Source: an uncultured Aliarcobacter sp. | GTDB lineage: Bacteria > Campylobacterota > Campylobacteria > Campylobacterales > Arcobacteraceae | Assembly: GCA_963664305.2 (NCBI GenBank) | Contig: CAXXLV010000002.1 | Coordinates: 64,001 to 128,000, forward strand | Direction of reading: 5' to 3' | Length of the DNA: 64,000 bases | Shown here: positions 30,887-39,895 of the stretch, one piece after another | Layout of the letters: every line of letters begins with the position of its first letter | Position numbering within the stretch: the first letter of the stretch is position 1 | Translations under genes and position numbers: made by a program | Notes under the pieces: model-generated | Told to the model about the DNA's origin: nothing | What the model saw: only the letters and a program-made list of their open reading frames with translations | Databases searched by the model: none

Positions 30887-30933
30887 GGAAGAAACTGCTC
30901 AGAGTTTTATATACTGGTTAACGTTGACAGATC
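30887..30933 (+). repeat. 47-bp motif, copy 3 of 3
   Basis: ggaagaaactgctcagagttttatat...acagatc. Confidence 0.6.
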
Positions 30934-31040
30934 AGGTTTTGTAATAATGATCAAATTAATTGGAATATATTTCAAATATTATTTGACAATATTGTTTTTT
31001 TTTGTTAGGATAAATGAACCTTAAATTATCGTAGTTTTAA

Positions 31041-31143
31041 AATGTACATTTTATATTAATAATTTGCACATTTTTAGATAAATTAATGTACATTTATAAA
31101 AATTTTTAAATTTGATTTTATCGGGTTTATGAAATGTACATTT
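31041..31143. repeat. Subterminal tgtaca-core repeats at the right end of the island
   Basis: tgtaca/tgcaca cores at 31043, 31065 and 31087 (22-bp period) and at 31135. Confidence 0.7.
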
Positions 31144-31159
31144 TATTTAACTAATAGGT
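31144..31159 (-). repeat. Right terminal inverted repeat of island
   Basis: tatttaactaataggt; 14/16 match to the left end. Confidence 0.8.
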
Positions 31160-31167
31160 AATGTCTT

Positions 31168-31704
31168 ATTGCAGAACTTAACAATGAAGTTCCAGAAGAT
31201 ATGGTGTTTTTTATAAAACCAAATTCTGCAATTTCAGATAAATTAAATTTCCCACAAAATCAAAATTCTTGTCATTATGAAGCGGAAATTTCTTTTTTAA
31301 TTGAAGATGATAAAATCACTGGTGTTGGATTTGGTTTGGATTTGACATTAAGAGAAGTACAAAGTAAATTAAAAGAAAAAGGACTTCCTTGGGAAAGAGC
31401 AAAAGCATTTGATGGTTCAGCTGTTTTTTCTAAATTTGTAAGTTTTGCAGATGAAATTTCTAAATTAGGAATAGAGCTTTATATAAATGGAGAACTAAAA
31501 CAAAAAGGTGATTACTCTTTGATGATAAATAAACCAATCGATATTATAAAAGAGGCAAAAACTTTTTTAAGCTTTGAAGATGGAGATATTCTAATGAGTG
31601 GAACTCCAAAGGGAGTAGGGGCATTTAAAAAAGGTGATATTTTTCTTGGAAAGATACTTTTTGATGATAAAATTATATTAGAGCAAGAGTTTAAAGTCTT
31701 TTAG
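31168..31704 (+). pseudogene. 3' part of the interrupted host FAH-family gene
   Basis: IAELNNEVPEDMVFFIKPNS...HYEAEI...GLDLT...SGTPKGVG; in-frame stop upstream at 31159; continues the 4766-4843 fragment. Confidence 0.9.
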
Positions 31705-31761
31705 AAAAAATATTTTTTTATGTTATAATATTTCATTTTAACTTTTAAAGAAAGGCTTAAA

Positions 31762-34700
31762 ATGAAATATATAATTTTTTTACTTCTCTTTGTTTCGGTG
31801 CTTTTCTCTAATGTTGAAAAAAATAATAATTTAATATTTACAAAAGAAGAGTTAGACTGGATAAAAAATAATCCTAAAATAAAAGTTGGTATTGATACCA
31901 ATTGGCCTCCATTTGATTACATAGATATCACAGGACAACATCAAGGTATTTCTTCTGAATATTTGAATTTAGTTTCAAAATATACTGGTTTAAAATTTGA
32001 TGTTTATTCTGATGCTTGGGTAAATGTTTTAGAAAAAATAAAAAATAAAGAGCTTGATTTATTGGCTTGTGCTGCACAAACTCCTGATAGAGAAAAATAC
32101 TTAAATTTTACAAAACCTTATTTGAATGTTGAAGTTGTTGTTGTAGGAAGAAAAGATTTAAAACTAAATAATTTTGATGAAATAAAAAATTATACAGTAG
32201 CTGTTCAAAAAAATAATTATATACATGAAGACTTATCTAGAAAATTTCCAAATATTAAATTTTATTTTGTTAAATCAAATGAAGAGGCTTTTAAAGCTGT
32301 ATCTTTTGGAAAAGCAGATTTTTATTTAGGTAATTTAGCTGTTGTTACATATTTTATAGAAAAAGATTTATTAACAAATTTGGAAATAAAAATGAAATCA
32401 GATTTTGAAAGTGCAAAATTGTCAGTTGCAGTTTTAAAAGAAAAAAATATTTTATTTGATATCTTTCAAAAAGTTATTGATAATGTAAGTGAAGAAGAAA
32501 AAAACAAAATCAATAGAAAATGGATATTTGAAGAGAACTCAAAAGAACAACTTATAAATTTTTCTAAAGAAGAATTAGAGTGGTTAAAACAAAATCCCGT
32601 GATTTATTTAGCAGGTGATCCAAAGTGGCCACCATTTTCTTTTTATGAAGATGGAAAATATGTAGGAATAATTCCAGATATGTTGAATTTATTGAGAGAA
32701 ATAAGTGGAATTAATTTTCAACATATAAATACAAATAGTTGGGAAGAGTCTGTAAAGTTACTAAAAGATGAAAAAGTAAAAATTCTTGATGCTGTAACTA
32801 TTACTCCAAAGATGTCAAAAATGGTTGAATATACTTCAAAATATTTTTCTTCACAAATCGTAATTATTGGAAAGAAAAATAATGAAACATATATAAGTTC
32901 ACTTAAAGATATTGAAAATATGGATAAAAAAGCATTAGGTTTGGTTGAAGGAAATTTTATAACTGAAATGATAAAAAGAGATAATCCTGACTTAGAGATA
33001 TTTGGAACTTTTAGAGATATTCCTGAAGGTTTAAAAGCATTATCAAGTGGAATGATAGACTATTTTGTTTTGGATGTTCCTACATTTGACTATTATAGTA
33101 AAGCATATAGTTTAAGCAATTTAAAAATTGTTGGAATTACTGGATATAACACAGAATATAGATTTGGGATTGATAAAAACTCTTTAATTTTAGTTTCAAT
33201 TATGAATAAAATATTGAAATATATTCCTCAAGATAGAAAAGATGAGATTTATAGAAAGTGGATAAGAATTGATAATAGTAAAAATATAGATTATGAATTG
33301 ATTTGGAAAATATTAGCTGTTTTTGTGGTGATTTTTGGACTTATATTTTATTGGAATAGAAAGTTACAAACAGAGATAAATGAAAAAGAAAAAGTTCAAA
33401 AAGAGTTAGAAGAAGAAAAAACTCATATAAAAGCTTTAAACGAAGAGTTAGAAAAAGCAAAAGAGGTAGCTGAAAATATTGCAAAACAAAAAAGTGAATT
33501 TTTAGCAAATATGAGTCATGAAATAAGAACTCCTATGAATTCAGTTATTGGATTTACAGAAATTTTGGATAAGGAGATAAAAAATCCTCTACATAAAGAG
33601 TATTTGAGTTCTATAAAAAAGGGTGGAAATTCTCTTTTGAGAATAATAAACGACATTTTAGATTTATCAAAAATAGAAGCTGGAAAATTAGAAATAAAAA
33701 ATGAGTCTTTAAATCCTACAAATTTATTTTTAGAAATAGAGTCTATTTTTCATTCTAAAATTATTAGTAAAAATATAACTTTTATTTTAGATATAGATAA
33801 AAATATACCTAAATATATAATAATTGATGGAGTAAGAATACGACAAGTTTTATTTAATTTAATCGGAAATGCAATAAAGTTTACAGAAAAAGGTCAAATA
33901 AAAGTAAAAGTTGAAAATCTATATAAAGATAATACAAAAAGTAAGATAGATTTGGTTTTTAGTGTTGAAGATACAGGTATTGGAATAGATGAAAAGAATT
34001 TAAAATCAATTTTTAACGCTTTTGAACAATCATCAAATCATGATGTTGCAAAATATGGAGGAACAGGTTTAGGTCTTGCCATTTGTGCAAAACTTGTTCA
34101 GATGATGAATGGAGAAATAAGTGTTTCAAGTCAAAAAAATAGAGGTTCAGTTTTTAAAGTAATATTAAAAGATATTCCAGTTAGCTCTATTGAAGAGGAG
34201 ATTGTAAGTAGTAAAATATCTTCTTCAAATATAGTTTTTGAAAAATCACAAATTTTGGTTGTTGATGATGTTGAAGAGAATAGAAATTTAGTAAAGGCAA
34301 GTTTAAAAGATTTTGATATAAATTTAATAATGGCTCAAAATGGTCAAGAAGCTTTAGCTAAACTAAAAAATGTAAATGTTGATTTAATACTTATGGATTT
34401 AAGAATGCCAGTAATGGATGGATATGAAGCTGCAACTATAATCAAAAAAGATGAAAGATTAAAAAATATTCCTTTGATTGCATTAACAGCATCTGTAATG
34501 GGAAAAGATTTAGAAAAAGTAGAAAAATATGGATTTGATGGATATTTGAGAAAACCAGTTATTTTAGATGATTTGATAGAAGAATTAGGTAAATATTTAA
34601 AATATTACTTTTTAGATAATGATATTATTGAAAAAGATAAAAATGAGATTTTAGATATTGATAAATTAAAACTTGTAATACAAAAATTAGAAAATGGGCT

Positions 34701-34926
34701 AAAAGAAGAGTGGTTAAGTATAAAAGACGGAGGAGATTTTTCTTTAATTGAAGAGTTTGCTCAGAAATTAAATCAATTATCAATAGAAAAAGATATTTAT
34801 ATACTAAAAGATTATTCAAATGAGTTATTAAAAAATATTGAAGCTTTTGATATTGAAAAAGTTGATTATTTAATGAATAGTTATATGGAATTAATAAACA
34901 ATTTAAAGGTAAAACTTGGAAACTGA
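31762..34926 (+). CDS. Hybrid sensor histidine kinase (two SBP domains, HisKA, HATPase, receiver)
   Basis: FLANMSHEIRTPMN, GGTGLGLAI, DLILMDLRMPVMDG. Confidence 0.93.
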   Translation: MKYIIFLLLFVSVLFSNVEKNNNLIFTKEELDWIKNNPKIKVGIDTNWPPFDYIDITGQHQGISSEYLNLVSKYTGLKFDVYSDAWVNVLEKIKNKELDLLACAAQTPDREKYLNFTKPYLNVEVVVVGRKDLKLNNFDEIKNYTVAVQKNNYIHEDLSRKFPNIKFYFVKSNEEAFKAVSFGKADFYLGNLAVVTYFIEKDLLTNLEIKMKSDFESAKLSVAVLKEKNILFDIFQKVIDNVSEEEKNKINRKWIFEENSKEQLINFSKEELEWLKQNPVIYLAGDPKWPPFSFYEDGKYVGIIPDMLNLLREISGINFQHINTNSWEESVKLLKDEKVKILDAVTITPKMSKMVEYTSKYFSSQIVIIGKKNNETYISSLKDIENMDKKALGLVEGNFITEMIKRDNPDLEIFGTFRDIPEGLKALSSGMIDYFVLDVPTFDYYSKAYSLSNLKIVGITGYNTEYRFGIDKNSLILVSIMNKILKYIPQDRKDEIYRKWIRIDNSKNIDYELIWKILAVFVVIFGLIFYWNRKLQTEINEKEKVQKELEEEKTHIKALNEELEKAKEVAENIAKQKSEFLANMSHEIRTPMNSVIGFTEILDKEIKNPLHKEYLSSIKKGGNSLLRIINDILDLSKIEAGKLEIKNESLNPTNLFLEIESIFHSKIISKNITFILDIDKNIPKYIIIDGVRIRQVLFNLIGNAIKFTEKGQIKVKVENLYKDNTKSKIDLVFSVEDTGIGIDEKNLKSIFNAFEQSSNHDVAKYGGTGLGLAICAKLVQMMNGEISVSSQKNRGSVFKVILKDIPVSSIEEEIVSSKISSSNIVFEKSQILVVDDVEENRNLVKASLKDFDINLIMAQNGQEALAKLKNVNVDLILMDLRMPVMDGYEAATIIKKDERLKNIPLIALTASVMGKDLEKVEKYGFDGYLRKPVILDDLIEELGKYLKYYFLDNDIIEKDKNEILDIDKLKLVIQKLENGLKEEWLSIKDGGDFSLIEEFAQKLNQLSIEKDIYILKDYSNELLKNIEAFDIEKVDYLMNSYMELINNLKVKLGN

Positions 34927-35320
34927 AAGTAAAATATTAATAGTTGATGATATTCCTAAAAATATCCAAATGGCAATGAATATTTTAAAAAATGAAGGTT
35001 ATAAAATGTTCTATGCAAAAAGTGGAGAAATGGCACTAAAACTTATAAATGAACACAATTTTGATTTAATATTATTAGATATTATGATGCCTGATATGAA
35101 TGGATTTGATGTTTGTGCAAAACTAAAAAATGATGAAAGAACTAAAAATATTCCAATAATTTTTTTATCTGGGAAAGATTCTTCTTCTGATATAGAACAA
35201 GCTTATGAAAGTGGTGGAATTGATTATGTTGTTAAACCTTTTATTAGAATTGAATTAATAACAAAAGCAAATTCTTATGTAAGATTAAAGCAATTAGAAG
35301 ACAAGTTTGCTAGTTTATAA
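34916..35320 (+). CDS. Single-domain response regulator
   Basis: ILIVDD, LLDIMMPDMNG, DYVVKPF. Confidence 0.92.
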   Translation: METESKILIVDDIPKNIQMAMNILKNEGYKMFYAKSGEMALKLINEHNFDLILLDIMMPDMNGFDVCAKLKNDERTKNIPIIFLSGKDSSSDIEQAYESGGIDYVVKPFIRIELITKANSYVRLKQLEDKFASL

Positions 35321-35330
35321 AGGCTAAATT

Positions 35331-36473
35331 ATGCAGAAAAAATATGATAACAAGATTTTATTGGTTGATGATGATTTAAAGAATTTACAAGTTGCAATGA
35401 GTATTCTAAGAGATTATAATGTAATTTATGCTCAAAGTGGAGAAAAGGCTTTAGAATTATTAGAAAAAAATCAATTTGATTTAATTTTACTTGATGTTGT
35501 AATGCCTACAATGGATGGATATTATGTTTGTTCTAAAATTAAATCAAATGAAAAAACAAAAAAAATACCAGTAATTTTTTTAACAGTAAAAGATGATGAA
35601 AAAGATATAGTAAAAGGTTTTGAATTAGGTGCAGTTGATTATATAACAAAACCATTTTATAGTGAAGTATTGTTAAAAAGGGTAGAAGTTCATTTGAAAT
35701 TGGCAGCTGTCATGAAAGAATTAGAACTTGTAAATGAAAATCTAAATGAGAAAGTAAAAAATCAAGTTGAAGAATTAAGAGAAAAAGATAAGATTATAGT
35801 TCAACATTCAAAGATTAATGCAATGGCATCTATTATTGATGTTATTTCTTTACAATGGAAAGAACCAGTTGATAAAATCAAATTATATTTACAATCTTTA
35901 GATTTTAAGTTTTCAAATATACAAGAGTATAAATCAGATGAAACTTTTAAAAAAACTCTTGATGAGGTTAAGAAATTAGATGAAATTATGGGAGATTTTC
36001 ATAAGTTTTTTAATAATCAAAAAAATAAAGAAGAGGTTAATATAAAAGTATCTTTAGACAATGCAATTTTTTTATTAAAAGATGAATTGAATGAATTAAA
36101 TATAAAGTTAAGTATAAAAGGCGACAATTTAATCTCCTTAAATATTGTATTTGAAGAGATAAAACATATTTTTAGTAAACTAATTTCTAAATCAATAGAA
36201 AATTTTAAACTATCTAAATTATCAATAGAAAAAACTATAGATATATCTTTTCAAAATATTGAGAACTCTGTTTATATAATTTATGAAGATAACACAAATA
36301 ATTGTGATGATAATATGATTAAAAAATTTTTTGAATCGCCTAACTTATTTAAATATGATAATTTTGATTTAGGGTTTTATTTAGTAAAAGTTTTTGTTGA
36401 AAAAAATTTTGGTCTATTAAATATAGAAAAAATAGAAAATGGAATAAAATACACTATTAGATTTGATAGATAA
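35331..36473 (+). CDS. Response regulator fused to a degenerate kinase-like domain
   Basis: Intact receiver domain; H-box position reads VISLQWKEP. Confidence 0.85.
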   Translation: MQKKYDNKILLVDDDLKNLQVAMSILRDYNVIYAQSGEKALELLEKNQFDLILLDVVMPTMDGYYVCSKIKSNEKTKKIPVIFLTVKDDEKDIVKGFELGAVDYITKPFYSEVLLKRVEVHLKLAAVMKELELVNENLNEKVKNQVEELREKDKIIVQHSKINAMASIIDVISLQWKEPVDKIKLYLQSLDFKFSNIQEYKSDETFKKTLDEVKKLDEIMGDFHKFFNNQKNKEEVNIKVSLDNAIFLLKDELNELNIKLSIKGDNLISLNIVFEEIKHIFSKLISKSIENFKLSKLSIEKTIDISFQNIENSVYIIYEDNTNNCDDNMIKKFFESPNLFKYDNFDLGFYLVKVFVEKNFGLLNIEKIENGIKYTIRFDR

Positions 36474-36487
36474 AAGGAAAATATATA

Positions 36488-36850
36488 ATGAAATATAATG
36501 AATTAACAGATGAAGAAAAATATGTTATAGAAAATAAAGGAACAGAATATCCATTTACTGGGAAATATAATGATTTTTATGAAGAAGGAATTTTTACTTG
36601 TAAAAAATGTGATGCACCTTTATATAAATCAAGTGATAAATTTAAATCAGGTTGTGGATGGCCAAGTTTTGATGATGAAATAAAAGATGCAGTAAAAAGA
36701 ATTCCTGATAAAGATGGAAGAAGAATTGAAATAGTTTGTGCTTCTTGCGGAGGACATTTAGGTCATGTTTTTGAAGGTGAAGGTTTTACTGCAAAAAATA
36801 CAAGACATTGTGTAAACTCAATCTCTTTAAATTTCAAAAAGGCTGAATAA
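36488..36850 (+). CDS. msrB: Methionine-R-sulfoxide reductase
   Basis: GCGWPSF, GHLGHVF, RHCVNS. Confidence 0.95.
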   Translation: MKYNELTDEEKYVIENKGTEYPFTGKYNDFYEEGIFTCKKCDAPLYKSSDKFKSGCGWPSFDDEIKDAVKRIPDKDGRRIEIVCASCGGHLGHVFEGEGFTAKNTRHCVNSISLNFKKAE

Positions 36851-37344
36851 TGGAAAATCAAAATTTAAAAAAAGCATACTTTGCAGCTGGATGTTTTTGG
36901 GGAGTTGAATATCACTTTAAAAAATGTAAAGGTGTAATTAGTGCAATTTCAGGATATATGGGAGGGAATATTCCAAATCCTAGTTATGAAATGGTATGTA
37001 CAGGATTTACAGGACATTTAGAAGCAGTTGAAGTAACTTATGATGAAAATATTGTAAGTTTTGAAGAATTGACAAAACTATTTTTTGAAATACATGATTT
37101 TACTCAAGTAAATGGGCAAGGTCCTGATATTGGAAGTCAATATTTATCTGCTATATTTTATGTTGATACTGAGCAAAAAGATATAAGTGAAAAACTGATT
37201 TGTGAGTTAGAAAATAAAGGATTTAAAGTGGCTACTTCTCTTTATCCTTATGTGCCTTTTTATGAAGCGGAATTATATCACCAAGATTATTATGAAAGAC
37301 ACCAAAAGGTGCCTTATTGTCATAAGTATAGAAAGATTTTTTAG
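36850..37344 (+). CDS. msrA: Methionine-S-sulfoxide reductase
   Basis: AAGCFWGVE, GHLEAVEV, AELYHQDY. Confidence 0.95.
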   Translation: MENQNLKKAYFAAGCFWGVEYHFKKCKGVISAISGYMGGNIPNPSYEMVCTGFTGHLEAVEVTYDENIVSFEELTKLFFEIHDFTQVNGQGPDIGSQYLSAIFYVDTEQKDISEKLICELENKGFKVATSLYPYVPFYEAELYHQDYYERHQKVPYCHKYRKIF

Positions 37345-37679
37345 ATAGTACCTAAAATATAATAGATTGGTCTATTATCTAATTTTTGAAGTTTTACATT
37401 GTATTTATTTGCCCAGTGTGAAACTTCATTGTGGAATTCTTCTAAAATTTCCTCAGAATCATTTTCATCACATTTAATTTTTAAATAGTTTGATTTATTT
37501 GATAAACCAACATAGGCATTCATTTTTTTCAAATGGTCATTTAATGTTAAAATATGTTTTGCAAATTTATCAAAATCTATTGTTGATTCAATCATTTTCT
37601 CCGCTTGTTTTAATGAAGCTTCACTTTTTGAATAACCTAATTGAGATAATATTACTTCTGCTGATACATCTAATTGCAT
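37341..37679 (-). CDS. Conserved hypothetical protein
   Basis: 112-aa ORF with aagga RBS. Confidence 0.7.
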   Translation of the reverse strand: MQLDVSAEVILSQLGYSKSEASLKQAEKMIESTIDFDKFAKHILTLNDHLKKMNAYVGLSNKSNYLKIKCDENDSEEILEEFHNEVSHWANKYNVKLQKLDNRPIYYILGTI

Positions 37680-37817
37680 TTCATTCCTTAATTTTTAATT
37701 TTATATTATCAAATTTAGTTTTAATTATGATTAAAATTAAATGCTAAGAAATTATTTTTTGTCTATTTATTAAAGTTTTTATATGTTTTTTTGTAAGATA
37801 AAATAAAAAGGTTTTTT

Positions 37818-38132
37818 ATGTCAATACTATTAGAAATGAGTATGTTTCCAACTGATAAAAGTGAAAGTAAAAGTAAAGAAGTTTCAGAAGTTATAAAAAT
37901 AATAAGAGAAAGTGGGGTATCTTACCAACTTACAGCAATGGCAACAATTATTGAAACAAATACTTTAAAAGAGGCTTTAGAATTAGTTGAAAAATGTTAT
38001 TTAAGATTAGAAAAATTGGGTTGTAATCGAGTTTATTCAACACTCAAATTTGATATTAGAAAAGGTCATGAAAATAGATTAAAAACAAAAATTGAATCAG
38101 TTGAAAAATATATAGGAGAGGTTTCAAAATAG
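37818..38132 (+). CDS. Thiamine-binding (MTH1187/YkoF-like) protein
   Basis: EMSMFP...SGVSYQLTAMATIIE...RVYSTLKFDIR. Confidence 0.8.
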   Translation: MSILLEMSMFPTDKSESKSKEVSEVIKIIRESGVSYQLTAMATIIETNTLKEALELVEKCYLRLEKLGCNRVYSTLKFDIRKGHENRLKTKIESVEKYIGEVSK

Positions 38133-38133
38133 T

Positions 38134-38706
38134 CTAAAAAAGACTTTTTTGAACACCAATATTTTCTTCCCCTAAAGCTTTTAATTTAAAACTAATTCGA
38201 TGAATATCGCTTCTTCCAAATTTTTTAATCGCTTCAATATGAGCTTTTGTTCCATATCCTTTATGTTTATGAAAATCATAATTTGGATAAAGTGATGAAA
38301 TTTCATCCATAAATCTATCTCTACTTACTTTTGCCAAAATTGAAGCTGCACTAACTTCTTTTATTGTTGCATCTGCTTTTATTTTGTGTTGTAGAGTAGA
38401 AATACCAAAAGAAGTATTCCCATCCATTAAAAATTCTTCACAAAACTCATTTAAATTTTCCATGATTTCTAAAATTGAATTTTTTAGACAAAAACTTATA
38501 CCTTTTTCATCTATCAAATTTGCATTTGAAAAGACTATATGATACTTTGATTTTTCAATAATCTCTTCATATAATTTTTCTCTTTTCTTTTCACTTAGAA
38601 CTTTTGAGTCATTTAATCCTTTTATATCTTCTAATAAAATAGCACCAGCTACAACTAAAGGTCCTGCAATTGGCCCACGTCCTGCTTCATCAATACCACA
38701 TAACAT
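38134..38706 (-). CDS. rnhB: Ribonuclease HII
   Basis: GIDEAGRGP, DSKVL, SAASILAKVSRD, KGYGT. Confidence 0.95.
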   Translation of the reverse strand: MLCGIDEAGRGPIAGPLVVAGAILLEDIKGLNDSKVLSEKKREKLYEEIIEKSKYHIVFSNANLIDEKGISFCLKNSILEIMENLNEFCEEFLMDGNTSFGISTLQHKIKADATIKEVSAASILAKVSRDRFMDEISSLYPNYDFHKHKGYGTKAHIEAIKKFGRSDIHRISFKLKALGEENIGVQKSLF

Positions 38707-38792
38707 ACAAAATCCTTATAATTATTAATTTATTATAACATTTATAAAAAAAACTATATAATGTATAAAATATTATATTATTTGGAAATAAA

Positions 38793-39895
38793 ATGAAAAA
38801 GAACTTTATTTTGATTATTATTTTAGTTCTTATTTCCTCAATCTTCTTTTATATTTTCTTTTATAAAAAAGAAGAAGTTATAAAAATCGGATTTGTTGGA
38901 GCATTAACTGCAAAATATTCTGTTTTGGGAAATGCTATGATGAATGGAATAGTTTTAGCTTTTGAAGAGGAAGATTTTCGAGTTAATGGCAAAAAAGTTG
39001 AGCTTATTTTTAAAGATGATAAAAAAGATATTGAATTAAATAAAAAAATTGTAAATGATTTTATAAATCAGGGAATAAAAATAGTCATAGGTAACGTAAC
39101 AAGTAGTATGACTAAAATATCAATGTCTATTATAAATCAACATTCTGATATGTTTTTAATTTCTGCTGCTTCTGCAAGTAATGAATTTTCTGGTATAGAC
39201 GACCAGTTTTTTAGAGTTCATGTTGCAAATAATGAACAAAGATTTTCAAGTTTTGTAGATTATATAAATGATTTAGGCTTTAAAAAAATTTATGGAATTT
39301 ATGATCCAGGAAATATAACTTACACAAAAGATTATTTGGAAAATTTTGAAAAAACTTATATAAATAAGGGTGGAGAAAAATTTATTCAATACTCAAAAAG
39401 TGATGATTTAGATTATTTAGTTCAAGATATAAAAGAAAAAAATCCTGATTTATTATTGATTTGTGCAAATTCAGTTGATGGTGCGAGAATTGTACAATAT
39501 TTAAGAATAAATGGTATTTCAACTCAAATTGCTTCATCTGAATGGGCAATGACTTCAACTTTTATTGAAAATAGTGGTAAATATAGTGAAGGAATAATTT
39601 TTAATATTGACTATGATGTAAATGCAAAAAATGAAAAATTTTTAAAATTTGTTAATAATTTTGAAAATAAATACAATATTTTCCCTTCAATGTATGCTGC
39701 AAAAGGTTATGAGTTAGCAAAAATTATAATAGAACTTTTAAAAATAGGAGAAGAGACAGAACTTAAAAAAATATTTTATTAAAAAAAGAGTTTGAAGGAC
39801 TTCAAAATACAATAATTTTTGATAGATTTGGAGATGTTGTAAGAGATTTTAATACCTTTAAAATTATTGATGGAAAGTTTGAGAAAATAAAATGA
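38793..39895 (+). pseudogene. Branched-chain-amino-acid-type periplasmic binding protein, frameshifted in A7 run 39765-39771
   Basis: IKIGFVGALT, IVIGNVTSS; adding one A gives KKNILLKKEFEGLQNTIIFDRFGDV...EKIK* ending in an ATGA overlap with the next gene. Confidence 0.8.

Larger units (their letters stand above)
4844..31167. mobile_element. Genomic island with three tyrosine recombinases (GInt/ginABCD-like) inserted in an FAH-family gene
   Basis: Split host gene rejoins in frame (YMDH | IAELNNEVPEDMV); terminal inverted repeats; recombinase cluster at the left end; cargo rich in pseudogenes. Confidence 0.9.

Noticed and set aside
4948..31167. Prophage, ICE or integron interpretation of the island
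   Set aside because: No phage structural, conjugation or relaxase genes; no IntI-like gene or attC hairpins recognised.
31201..31704. 167-aa FAH ORF as an intact independent gene
   Set aside because: It lacks the conserved CIGRNY-H N-terminus, which is at 4766-4843; the ATG at 31201 is internal.
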